From contig NW_027266343.1 in the NCBI RefSeq assembly GCF_022045235.1, positions 27,156,001 through 27,220,000 on the forward strand: a stretch of DNA of 64,000 nucleotides, given 5' to 3'. Shown here one piece after another: positions 26,552-38,130 of the stretch. This DNA is from Haliotis cracherodii. Lineage: Eukaryota. A program made the translations under genes and the position numbers. Positions within the stretch are counted from its first letter, which is position 1. Each line of letters opens with the position of its first letter. The notes under the pieces are model-generated. The model searched no databases. It was not told where the DNA came from and saw nothing but the letters and a program-made list of their open reading frames with translations.

Positions 26552-27813
26552 AATTTAGCCCTTAGTCTTCACGTTGTCCTGATGAAATGCATCTATTTTA
26601 TAGAGACACTATACCAGATAAGTTCGTTGAAATTCAAGACGATCTAAATACTTCGAACATATTTTTCTATTTTAATATTCATATATTGAAACACAATTCT
26701 TAGAATATTCACGAAAAAAACATTTGTGGGCCACTAGAGGGACAAGGAACATGCTGAGATTTATGTTTAGAATCTGAACACACTTTCCTCAGTGTTGCGG
26801 TCGTCCCAACAAGGTCCGGTGTCGGCAGATTCCATTGTCTGCATTTATACAAATTAACATACAAATTCATTGAGATTGAAGTACATTTCTTCAATGGTAA
26901 TTGCGACGGACACATAGTATTGTGTGTATGCAGGCCTTCTCTTTATGACTTGTTTGGATAAAGTTGATAAGTATGGAGTTTCCTTGTATGAATACAACTA
27001 AATGAAAAGTTCACTTCAACTCAAGTTTCAACAACAGTAAACACAATGTAGATTTGTTCATAACTAAGTACATCGTATATTGTTTATACCATTATGGCAT
27101 CTGTTGTGTATGTAATTAGGTATCCCTGTAGAAGCAAATGTTTTTGGTAACACACCCACTGATACAAATGGTTTGCAAGAGATAAAACATTAATATTGTG
27201 TGAACTCCAACGCTGTATGCAATGCGTTCCACTGAAGCCGGCATCATACAAGGAGCAGTTATGTGTACTTATCGAGACAAGTACAGAGTATTACAGTAAA
27301 TGTATATAGAAATGAAGTCAGCATACTGGATGAACAATTTTATTCTTATGTTTTAATTCAATTTCAACCTGGCATCACTACTGTTCCGCTGCTTCAAGGT
27401 CAGTTCCCAAATACACATCTTAATATGTACAGTACGAAAATGCATCAAGACAATTTCTCTCCACAGGTTAATGTGTTACACACTTAACTAGGACCTGTTG
27501 ACAAGAAGCATGATCACAGCCTGCGAGTCTGTGACCTTAACCTTTACTGTTATGTTTCCATAGTTCCTGTCAACCCACTGTCCTTCTACTTTGAATATGT
27601 GCAGATTGTAGATGTAAAAATATACTTGAGGACACTGCATCACGACAAATAAGTATAACAGCCTGCGGCATACACATCAATATAATCTGTTGATTTAACC
27701 AAGTCTTTGAATATTCGGGTGGTATAATGGTCAATCAATTAAGGGTGTGTAAAACATGTGACGTGTAACCACACCGACCGGAGGACCCCTGGGCAGTCGC
27801 GGCCACCAATGTA

Positions 27814-27995
27814 TGACGTAACATCGAGGGAAGATCACACGACGCTTCACAATCTCAGATTCAGTTGAGGAAGTGAATCAAGGACGCATAATTTAAGTGA
27901 TGTCATACCCCGTTCTGATTGGAGGAAGAGTCATGACCTCGAAATAACAATGATTCAAGTATAAATAGTACACAGAAGACTGTCAACAATCAGTT
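27814..27995 (+). promoter_or_regulatory. Promoter of copy 3
   Basis: TGACGTAA 27814, GAGGAAGT 27867, ATTGG 27918, TATAAATA 27960, TCAGTT 27990. Confidence 0.65.
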
Positions 27996-28026
27996 GTTTT
28001 ACACATTCCTCAACCAGTACATCAAC

Positions 28027-29124
28027 ATGTTTGGGAAGACAATGTCAGGTTGTATTGCCATGGTGCTTGTTTCCATGGCAACGGCTCAAAGTCAACAAGG
28101 AATGACCCCGTGTCAAAATAACTTTGTTCAAAACCTCAACACATGTGTTCAAAATAGTCAGATGGTCTTCAATAACTTCTTATACTTGTTGACAAACGGG
28201 ACAAACGGACAAGCGCCCGACAGTCCGGACACGTTCAGACAAGATGCTTGTAGCAAGCAGGAGGCGTTGCTTCTGTGCGGTGTTGAGTTCATGAGGACAT
28301 TGATCAACTCTACGATGTGTGCCCCGAGCCAAACACAACAGGATCAGAGACCCCTCATCGACAGACAGTTCCGTTCCCTCTTCGGATCTCTGGACGCGAT
28401 GTGCGCACACCCATGTCGCCGAACTCTCACCGAGGATCTACGTCAGTGTTATGTTGACGCCAACCTTGACCCCACCCTCTTCCTGTCCAACTCCACCATG
28501 GGCCGCGGCGCCATCATCGGGACCACAGCGGATCAGGCTGACATTTTCTGTAAGAACAAAGACTCTCTCGTGACATGCATGAAACAGAAGAGAGACGACT
28601 GTCCTGAATCTCCCATGATTCTCCGCGCCATCGGCCTTGACATTGAATCTATGGACAAAGGTGTTGGAGTTCTGTGCGCTCACCCTGACGTGTACCTCAA
28701 CGGCATCGACTGTTTTGCGGAACCCACAGACGCTGTTGTGTCGTGCCAGCAGACAATGAACCAGAAGACCATGGAGTTGATGATGACGGCAGAACAACAG
28801 AACCTCAAAGAGGACCAGTTCTTCAACAGATTCTGTGATGTCCGTCTGGAGCACGTCAGCTGTGATCTGGAAGCCTGGAGCAAAAAGAACCACAAGTCTT
28901 GTGCGGATGCCGTCATTGGATTGAGGACGGAGTTGGAGTGTGGTCTTCTTCCAGACAACTGTGGTGCTACACACAAACAGACAATTGACCAAGTCTGTCA
29001 CCATGAAAACTTTAAGAAGGACATGAGACCTTTTAACAGTGCCACAACATTTTCAATTGGGACAATGTCATGTTTTATGTTACGCTCTGTTCTCACTTAC
29101 TCTTTAAACTTCATACACATCTAG
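28027..29124 (+). CDS. Copy 3: cysteine-rich signal-peptide protein, 365 aa, with an altered C-terminal tail
   Basis: ATG at 28027 in atcaacATG context. TATAAATA at 27960 and TCAGTT at 27990. Head-to-head with copy 2. Confidence 0.92.
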   Translation: MFGKTMSGCIAMVLVSMATAQSQQGMTPCQNNFVQNLNTCVQNSQMVFNNFLYLLTNGTNGQAPDSPDTFRQDACSKQEALLLCGVEFMRTLINSTMCAPSQTQQDQRPLIDRQFRSLFGSLDAMCAHPCRRTLTEDLRQCYVDANLDPTLFLSNSTMGRGAIIGTTADQADIFCKNKDSLVTCMKQKRDDCPESPMILRAIGLDIESMDKGVGVLCAHPDVYLNGIDCFAEPTDAVVSCQQTMNQKTMELMMTAEQQNLKEDQFFNRFCDVRLEHVSCDLEAWSKKNHKSCADAVIGLRTELECGLLPDNCGATHKQTIDQVCHHENFKKDMRPFNSATTFSIGTMSCFMLRSVLTYSLNFIHI

Positions 29125-29827
29125 AAATTGTATGCTTGGACTGTAATTATTTATCTGACGCATTTAGTTGTTTTATATAACATATATATTTCCCACCTTC
29201 TCATGTATTCCCATTGTTTTGAATACTTGCCGCCAGGCAATGTATTGATATGTATCGGTATATGCGATTTTTCAAGTAAAGCAATATTTTATAATAGTTA
29301 ACTTTACTTTCTTTCTTTAAACGACATTTGATAGTCCACAGGCGTGGGATCGTCAAGTCAAGTCAAGTCGTCTCAGGCAAGCTATAGGCGGCCAATCTTA
29401 GACTAGTACAATTTATTAATCAGTTAGTGGAGATTACTATCCATCTTTCAAAGAAATTTACTAAGGCAATGGTGTATTTACTAAACTTGTAGTAAGTTTC
29501 ACTACACTTTTGTAAATGCTCGTTTCTTGGTCATTTTGCGCTCTCTGTTGACAGCTGTTTAAATACTATTTGCAAAAAACGAGCAAATAACAATGCATAA
29601 ACAATACTTGTGAAAGATAACATATGATAATTTACAGTGGCAATAATTTTAAAGCTGAACCGTTCGGATCCGATGTTTTACCGTTGACATGGTCAGTTTA
29701 ACCCCTAGGCTTGGAGCGCCGAAAAGGTCCTAAGTATCTAAACCACGGTTAACATTCAGTGAACCCTAGCATCTAAATGTTCCAAAAGACATGGTTTTGA
29801 TAACCTTATTTAAAAACGTAATCACAC

Positions 29828-30089
29828 CCGTGAACACCCGTGTTAGAATAGGTCTTCAGCAACCCATGCTTGCCTTAAAATGCGACTGTACTTGTCGAAA
29901 GAGGCGACTTACGGGATCAGGCGGTCAGGCTCGCTGAATCAGTTGATCCATGTCATCGTATACCAATTGCGCGGATCGATGCTCATGATGTCAATCACTG
30001 GATTGTATGGTCCAGTCTTGATTATTGACAGACCGCCGTCATATAGTCGGAATATTGCTAAGTGCGGCGTTAACAACAAACAAACAAAC
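29828..30089 (+). mobile_element. SINE family C (Nin-domain-like); shorter relic at ~25864-26012
   Basis: CCATGCTTG...GTCG(T)AAGAGGCGACT core, tail GGAATATTGCTAAGTGCGGCGTTAA followed by (CAAA)n. Confidence 0.7.
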
Positions 30090-30111
30090 GTAATATTCAA
30101 GAACAATATAA

Positions 30112-30252
30112 GGCGGTGGGGTAGCCTAGTAGTAAAAACGTTCGCTCGTCATGCTGCCGAAGACCTACATCGATCCACATCGATTCCCCACAATGTGTGA
30201 AGCCCATTCCCGTGATAGTGCTAAAGGCGGCGTAAAACAATATCCACTCACC
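30112..30252 (+). mobile_element. tRNA-derived SINE, family A, internally deleted
   Basis: Head GGCGGTGGGGTAGCCTAGT and tail GCGGCGTAAAAC are recognisable. Confidence 0.8.
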
Positions 30253-31087
30253 CGCTTAGGAATTCTACACTCATCTGTCAGAACACTGTGTGAGTAGGGC
30301 ATGCGTGACGCACGTGAAATTTGTTCCCCGAATCTTTGCACGTGCACCTCGCTTTGTGGCCACTCGGGTGTCCCGGGGCAAGTGTACAATTCATACAGAA
30401 CCAATCTGAGCATATTTGTCATTCACCTAAACATTCATAGCCCTTGTTGACTGACTCATGAGCACCACTCATACCACTGATCAGGATAAGAGAAATTTCT
30501 TTTCTATCGGTTCCTGGAAATTGTTCTGTCATCAAGTTGTATGATAAGAAGTTCCGTCATTGCCAAGTGGTGTTTAACTGACAATTCAGTCAGTTAATGC
30601 CCGTTCGAAGACAAAGAAGCCATGGTTTAAGTTTAGTTACACAATACGACAAACAGCAATTGGCTGCCGCGTGCAGTCTTCCAAGCAGGACAGAAATTTG
30701 CTCTCTACTAACATTCTGACCGCTGTTACTAATTAAGTTAGTAGAATTCACTTGACTTTATTCTCAGTGTCGTGGGTTTAACCAATTAAAGCGATGGACG
30801 TCTGATGTGTTAGGCCTGCATCGCTTCATTAATTTCTCCCGTTAGTTGACACGCCAAGAAAATAAATGGAATATTTCCCAAAACGGCTGAAGTCACTCTG
30901 GAACATAAGAAACAAAATCCCCCAATTTGACTGGTATATATGTACCCGTATTTTTTTCAGGTGAGCAATTGACTTGCCTTTGCATGTGTTTGTGACGGAT
31001 GCCACAGGTGGGGCAACATACGCTCACCTTTTCGCGAACACCTTGTATCATCACTATTTAATAGTGATTAATACTTGCTCGTGATAT

Positions 31088-31355
31088 TGAGCGTTGTCAT
31101 GGAAACAAGAGCCATTGCAGTACATCATGACACAATTCTCCAAACCATGTTGAGATATGTTCATTCACTGGAGGGAAGTGGATGGCTGGCAAAACTTCAA
31201 GTTACTATTTATACTTGAATCTGGAATCTATTGTACAGAGGGTGTGACACCTTCACCTATGATGGTACAGAGTTTTAGCGTGATGGAGGCTATAGGTATA
31301 GTTACTTCCTGCACTGAATCTAAGATTGTTTATGGGCGTGTCAACTTCCATTATT
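31088..31355 (-). pseudogene. Truncated ninth paralog: promoter plus signal-peptide codons only
   Basis: The minus strand from ATG at 31148 reads MVWRIVS*CTAMALVSMTT (compare MFGRTLSCCVAMVLVSMTT), after which homology is lost. Upstream sequence aligns to the copy 2 promoter (TATAAATA 31206-31213, CAGGAAGT 31304-31311). Confidence 0.8.
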
Positions 31356-31826
31356 GTCATCTCCTGATCTCCGTGCCTGCCCTTGGGGTGGCCTTCAGCC
31401 CTATGCTCATATAGTTCCTCGCACCTTTAATTGAACATACAATGAGGAACTACCTGAACCAATTATTATGTGAATTAACGAAGAGTGCCAACCTTACTCA
31501 CTCTTTGTCACAGTGTTTGTTCTTACAGTTTGGGCATTTAAAACAAACAGAGCTGTATTCGGCAACCTTTTTTCACGAAAGATTTGTAATAACTAAAGTA
31601 ATTATTGCGAATACTGTGAGGCAAGAGAACACAAGAATTTTCATATATTTTTTTGTTCGTTTTTCAACATTGCATTACTTTCTACATTATTTAAGCCGTT
31701 GTCTCAATGTGTCTTCTCATTGTCTCAAGTATAAAAGATGACGTAATTTCTTGTGATCAATGTTTTATCAATCGTGACTAGATTTTTTGTGATGAGTGGC
31801 GCGCACCCGATGTCATAAACATGCTG

Positions 31827-31871
31827 CAACAGAACAGAACAGAACAGAACAGAACAGAACAGAACAGAACA
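31827..31871. repeat. (AACAG)n microsatellite
   Basis: About 9 perfect pentamers. Confidence 0.95.
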
Positions 31872-32974
31872 AAACCTTATTGCGTTTCAGGCCGCGTGTA
31901 ACGGCATATGAAGGACAACATAATTTAATAACATGACAGAAAATGAAAGAACGTACACATATAAAGGTAGAGTTAAACAGATTTTTTGTTTGAAAAGAAA
32001 TCACAAAGCTTTCTTAAAATGCTCGCCTTTCCACTATTAAACCGATTACTAAATATATAAATATTTGGCTTGTTATGTACAATATCCTATGCTAACTGTA
32101 ATGGTACAATCTGTGGTATTCAGTCCCTATTCCATCGAGGTGACATAAATTGCTTTGCTGATCAACATACATTAAATATTGTTTTGGATATAAGTACGAA
32201 ATGTGTACATCTTAACGGATGGCATTGGTAATGTTGCCGTTTTAATAAGCCATTTGCTGGGCATTCTGCGATTTTTGTATACACTTGTTTAACACATACT
32301 AATCAATTCACGTGAGCATTGCTTATCATACACTACAAACTGAAAGACCTGTGAAAACAATGATGTAGAGTATAAATGTCGACCACAGGAAATTCCCAGA
32401 GATAGTGGAAATGAGAATGATTGTGTGCAATGCTAGAGCGAATGACTGAAATGCAAACATCGTTATTAAAACCGATAAATGTTACATGTAAAATATTACG
32501 TACATGTTTTGTTCGAGGAATATATCCGTGAGTGTCAGCAGAAATGAACACTAGCCCATACATTTACATCCACGCAAAGACGATATCACGTATCTTTACA
32601 AATACCTATTATTTAAAACAATATAAATATAATATATTATGACGCGCGTACTTTCTCATCTGGTCACGTCACTTGTCAGTTTGGCCTACCTTTAGAATAC
32701 AGTACCACAAACTTTTCAAACACGTCACAGTAACCTGTGACGTAATTTGTAGTATTTGCCACACCGGCGAAACAATGCCCTGTGACGTCAGGGGACATCG
32801 AGGGTGCATAAGCTTGTTTATGAAAGCACTTTTATTTTCAATAGTTAGTTAGTTTCATGTTTTTCAGATAGGTGTCAAGTTTGATTAGTTAACTGAGGCA
32901 ACTCACGTGACAAGTATGGGGATACGAGAAGATGTGAAATTAATAGAAGACAATCCATTACCTCAACAACAAAA

Positions 32975-33765
32975 TATATGATGTATGGTGAACTTGGGAG
33001 ATGTCATCTGAGCATAACAATAATGAAAAGTGATTTCTGTTAGAAACTAGAATGCAATGATAACCCAACTGAGTTGTTCAAAGCCACCTACACGTCTGTA
33101 AAAGTGTACTCTGATGTTAATTATATTCATTATAATTGGGCGATATTTTCTTGACAAAATTCTTGACTACTGTGTCTTATCATATGTGAATAACTATGCA
33201 CCAAGTTACAAAAGATAAGGCTTATATCTCTACAGTAGAAAAAATACTTATAAATCAATCTATTAAATCCTGGTACAGCGATATAATTTAAAAGATATAT
33301 ACTATAAAGTTTCGAAAACATACCCTCTTGTGAGGAATACCTTTTGCTTTCAGTTCCTTATTATATCCATTTTTAGCATTGCAAACCGCTGATCACTATC
33401 TACCTGTAGAGGTTGGCTATTGGAGTGGTATACCACATGCAGAAAGGACTTGTCCTATCTGTGGTTTGTCAACTTTTGCTGACTAATTCCACTTTCGATT
33501 CAAATGTAACGCCTTCGTAAGCTCTAGATACTTTCCATCCAACAACATGTATTATTAGTGGCCGAACGTGTATACATACAAGAAACGCTTGTGTACTGGA
33601 GATGTTTCAATGTTATAAAACCGTGTAAATTTTTGCAATTGTACATCGTACTTAAGAACTAAATGTCAAACGAAACGGCAAATGCGAACATGTTACTTTT
33701 TGTGATCGCTATAAATATATGTACCAACGTCGGTGTTGATTTGAGAGTAAAAGAATTGAATTGAA
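32975..33765 (+). mobile_element. 3' fragment of a CR1/L2-group-like LINE, present only in unit 4
   Basis: MYGELGR, DHYLPVEVGYWSGIPHAERTCPICG..D*FHF..KC, and a short (AATTG)n tail. Confidence 0.7.
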
Positions 33766-35331
33766 AAATGACAAACTATTTTCTTGATGTCCACCTTTCT
33801 TTACAAAAATCGAATTATATAACAACAGTCAGTCAATTAATGTATCATTTGCCAAAAATTTGAACACTGCATATGCACTTCACGCCAGGAAATGGGCGTA
33901 CCCTGTCTGCTCTAGTAAAACTGCATATAAAAACAATTACTTTCGACAAATCCACTGTGCTGATAACAGTGATAATCAACGCATTACCGACTTATCATTT
34001 GATCAATGCATTTGTACATTTTAAATTGGGTGTGGTTGCCTTATGATGGGAACACCAATGTTGCTGAGCCCCTCGGTTAAATAAAAAACTAATTGAAACA
34101 CCTAGATTAGGTTTATGTCATACTTCAATCTTCCTGACCATAGTGTAAAGAACTACAACACATTGTGTAAGGAATGAGATATACCTATGTACACATGTCA
34201 CACCCACATCACACACATCTTCATTATGGCATCTAATCATCAGAAGAAACAAAAAGTACCTTTACCAGTAGCAACTAATCAGTCATACATGTGATTTAAT
34301 AACAGCATAATAGTCAGCGCACAGGGGAATACACACATATACATTAGGGGCTGCAGTTAGTTCTCACCATCACTTATTTAATTAGTATAACGCCTTAAAA
34401 ATGTTAACACTGTTATTATTGTGTTTCTGTCCTAAATAGAATTAACATTTGGTGTGTTCTATCTGATGTTTAGGGTCTAAACACATGAAATGAGTTATCG
34501 CCTTATAGCATAGCATATATAGCATATAGCATATAAACGCCACCTAAACACAGCATCCCCATAATCCAAACATATACCATTTAATCACCCTTAAACATGT
34601 TTAGAACGTAAATATGTTTAATAAAGTGTACGTCATCAGGCTATAAGTCAAATATATATATATATATTGAAATCAGATGTGATTCACAGGCACTTGCGTA
34701 ACATATATACCATAAGGACTTGGTAACAATATTAACTATTAAAATGTACAAGCAAACTAAGCTAATAGTGACTAGTAAAATTACAACTAGTGACGAAAAC
34801 AGTCTCCGTAGAACAGGGCGTAGCGTGAGAAAATACAAATCTAGAGGTTGCAGGTGCGAATTCCATCGAAAGTTTAAAATTCTTTCAGTTCACCAATGTG
34901 TTATTGCTGTATGCCAAATAATATTTCTCTCATACAGGCAGCTGACGATGAAAGTACACCTGATTACTACTTAACCTTTTTTAGTTAGTGACCATAGGCT
35001 ACATGGTAACAAAATACAAACTGATCAGTAAAATCTACTAACATGTTAGTGTCTGATGGGTCAGTAACTTAGTTAACTTCCATAATTCCTGTCAACCCAA
35101 ATTGTCCTTCTACTTTGAATATCTGCAGATTGTAGATGTTAAAGTATACTGTAGGACACTGCATCACGACAAATAGGTATAACAGCCTGCAGCATATACA
35201 TCAATATAATCTTTTGATATTTTGTAACTCCTTCAATGATCGGATTGAATAATGGTCCATCAATTAAGGGTGTATAAAACATATGACGGGTAACAACAAC
35301 ACAAGGCTTAGGCCGGAGTACCCCCGGGGTA

Positions 35332-35520
35332 CACGTAACAATCAGGGAAGTTCACACGACGCGTCACAGTCTCACATGCAGTTGAGGAAGTGATTGCGAA
35401 ATGTTATCGACAGCACATAAAATCTTTGACTTCATTAGCGTAGTGTTCTCCGATTGGTGGAAGAGTCACACCTTCGGCCCGCTTATGATAAATAGTCTCT
35501 GTTGATCAGAGCCATCAGTT
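35332..35520 (+). promoter_or_regulatory. Promoter of copy 4 (repeated at 41680-41868, 47334-47522, 54940-55128, 62219-62407)
   Basis: GGGAAGTTCAC 35345, GAGGAAGT 35384, ATTGG 35453, GATAAATA at the TATA position 35487, TCAGTT 35515. Confidence 0.65.
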
Positions 35521-35555
35521 GTTTTTCACATTCCTCTTCCAGTAAGTACATCAAC

Positions 35556-36641
35556 ATGTTTGGAAGAACCTTGTCTTGTTGTGTTGCCATGGTGCTTGTT
35601 TCCATGACAACGGGTCAAGGTCAACAAGGGATGTCCCCGTGTCAAAATAACTTTGTTCAAAACCTCAACACATGTGTTCAAAATAGTCAGATGGACTTTA
35701 ATAACTTTTTATACTTGTTGACAAACGGGACAAATGGACAAGCGCCCGACAGTCCGGACACGTTCAGACAAGATGCTTGTAGCAAGCAGGAGGCGTTGCT
35801 TCAGTGCGGTGTGGAGTTCATGAGGACATTGATCAACTCTACGATGTGTGCCCCGAGCCAAACACAACAGGATCAGAGACCCCTCATCGACAGACAGTTC
35901 CGTTCCCTCTTCGGATCTCTGGACGCGATGTGCGCACACCCATGTCGCCGAACTCTCACCGAGGATCTACGTCAGTGTTATGTTGACGCCAACCTTGACC
36001 CCACCCTCTTCCTCTCCAACTCTACCATGGGCCGCGGTGCCATCATCGGGACCACAGCGGATCAGGCTGACATTTTCTGTAAAAACAAAGACTCTCTCGT
36101 GACATGCATGAAACAGAAGAGAGACGACTGTCCTGAATCTCCCATGATTCTCCGCGCCATCGGCCTTGACATTGAATCTATGGACAAAGGTGTTGGAGTA
36201 CTGTGCGCTCACCCTGACGTGTACCTCAACGGCATCGACTGTTTTGCGGAACCCACAGACGCTGTTGTGTCGTGCCAGCAGACAATGAACCAGAAGACCA
36301 TGGAGTTGATGATGACGGCAGAACAACAGAACCTCAAAGAGGACCAGTTCTTCAACAGATTCTGTGATGTCCGTCTGGAGCACGTCAGCTGTGATCTGGA
36401 AGCCTGGAGCAAAAAGAACCACAAGTCTTGTGCGGATGCCGTCATTGGTTTGAGGACGGAGTTGGAGTGTGGTCTTCTTCCAGACAACTGTGGTACAACT
36501 CATAAACAGACCATTGACAAGGTCTGTCACCATGAAAACTATAAGAAGGACATGAGACCGTTTAACAGTGGCACCATACTTTCAGCCACAATGGGGACAG
36601 TGTCATGTTTGTTCTTTCATGTTCTTTCTTCATTTCACTGA
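35556..36641 (+). CDS. Copy 4: cysteine-rich signal-peptide/GPI-type protein, 361 aa
   Basis: ATG at 35556; the ORF-track start at 35502 is TTG, upstream of the Inr-like TCAGTT. Intact ORF. AATAAA at 36737. Confidence 0.92.
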   Translation: MFGRTLSCCVAMVLVSMTTGQGQQGMSPCQNNFVQNLNTCVQNSQMDFNNFLYLLTNGTNGQAPDSPDTFRQDACSKQEALLQCGVEFMRTLINSTMCAPSQTQQDQRPLIDRQFRSLFGSLDAMCAHPCRRTLTEDLRQCYVDANLDPTLFLSNSTMGRGAIIGTTADQADIFCKNKDSLVTCMKQKRDDCPESPMILRAIGLDIESMDKGVGVLCAHPDVYLNGIDCFAEPTDAVVSCQQTMNQKTMELMMTAEQQNLKEDQFFNRFCDVRLEHVSCDLEAWSKKNHKSCADAVIGLRTELECGLLPDNCGTTHKQTIDKVCHHENYKKDMRPFNSGTILSATMGTVSCLFFHVLSSFH

Positions 36642-37087
36642 GTGTAGAACATTGTTAAAGAATGTCATGGTTCATAGTTTGTGATCACTTACAGATCTGT
36701 ACGTGTGTATATTCATATATAAGTTTTTTGTATCTGAATAAAACCCTACTTTTACACTTTGTTCTCAATACTTGAAATACATTAATAGAGCGTATATATT
36801 GTTTAACAATCCTTATGGGCTGTTCAGAACACCTGGGTGAAGGTGATGCGAACACTTTTTACAAGAAGGTATACATTTGTAATGTTAAGTTGACACGATA
36901 TACGACTTTTCCATTCAACGAGAGTTAGGTCACAAGACCGCGAAATTGAGGTTCGTAAGAGACTGTATTCTTGAAATGACCCGTACACTGACGGATACTT
37001 CCACATTCCCGGGGGAACCCCTGGGAATTCCCTAGCACGAATACAGAAGCGTTATCGCTGATTATTTAGACCCTTTAATTTTAAGGA

Positions 37088-37163
37088 TGAAGCCCATTTC
37101 TGGTGTCCCCCGCCGTAATATTGCTGGAATATTGCTAAAAGCGGCGGAAAACCATACTCACTC
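37088..37163 (+). mobile_element. 3' half of SINE family A (also at ~56580-56655 and ~63859-63933)
   Basis: TGAAGCCCATTTCTGGTGTCCCCCGCCGT...GCTAAAAGCGGCG...CCATACTCACTC. Confidence 0.85.
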
Positions 37164-38024
37164 AAATTTAATTTTGAACTCAGCGGTTTAGAATACATCC
37201 AAAAATGTCAGAGAGCTTAACTGCATGATCGTTTACGAATATCCTCACTACGACCCATCCCAGTGAATAAATCGAAGAAATGAACATCCAAACTATCGTA
37301 GTATCGACTCGATCCCTGTCTGGGGCTGACAGTGACAGTCTACAGCAATCCATGCATTTACTTTAATATCAATTTGACATACCTTTATAATCAACTTTCA
37401 ATGATCGGCCAATTGAACAATGATGATTGACACATGTAACCGCCACAGATTCTTCGGAAATCTCTTCCTTCACGATTATCATGTCTGCCATTTTGACGTC
37501 TTGTACGTGATGTAAATGTATTAAGACGCGCTATCATTGCGACTGATTTACTGAGGTAGTTCCTAACATACTTTTTTCATCTAATGGTGTTATAATTTGA
37601 ATTTATTACCTACGAGAGGTCATAAAAGGATTGACTGTGTATTTTTACGGGTTTTCCGGGTAGCGAATTCTTACAAAAAATTCTAGTCCGCTTCGGTGGG
37701 CGTGGCTTAATATTTTACATTCATTGGGAAATGAATAACACGTGACCAATTCAGCTGATCAGAATGAAGGCATTTCAATGAACACAACAAAAATTTAATT
37801 CTAAAACGTCACGAGACAACTGTGTAGTGTTTCCGTTATCCGGGCGGCATTGTTGACGTCATTCGAATCTTATCGTGACGTGACGTCACACTAGAAACGA
37901 AGTCATAGCTGTTGACGTCATTCGACAAATTGTGGTTCCGCCGCTGTTGCGACTCGCTCTCCTTATAAGTAAACACTAAAATGCGTTTCTGTATGTAGAC
38001 ATAATCTTCGGTAATAATTAGAAC

Positions 38025-38130
38025 ATTATATTCGAGTTCATGTCATACTATGTTTACGACACTCGGGTCTAAATTCCGGAATTTAGACACTCGTGTCGTA
38101 CGCATAGTATGGCATGAACACGAATATAAT
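38025..38130. repeat. 106-bp spacerless palindrome centred on AATTCCGGAATT (copies at 44037-44142, 49691-49796, 57516-57621)
   Basis: Two 53-bp arms are reverse complementary with a handful of mismatches. Confidence 0.92.

Noticed and set aside
34720-34974. 84-aa ORF upstream of copies 4 and 5
   Set aside because: Non-ATG start and frameshifted in units 6-8.
35502-35555. N-terminal extensions in the ORF track for copies 2-8
   Set aside because: They begin at non-ATG codons at or upstream of the likely TSS. The first ATG directly precedes the signal peptide.
35967-36533. 188-aa antisense ORF and 76-92-aa overlapping ORFs repeated with each gene copy
   Set aside because: Shadows of the real CDS. 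They recur only because the DNA is near-identical, and they are broken or shortened in the diverged copies.
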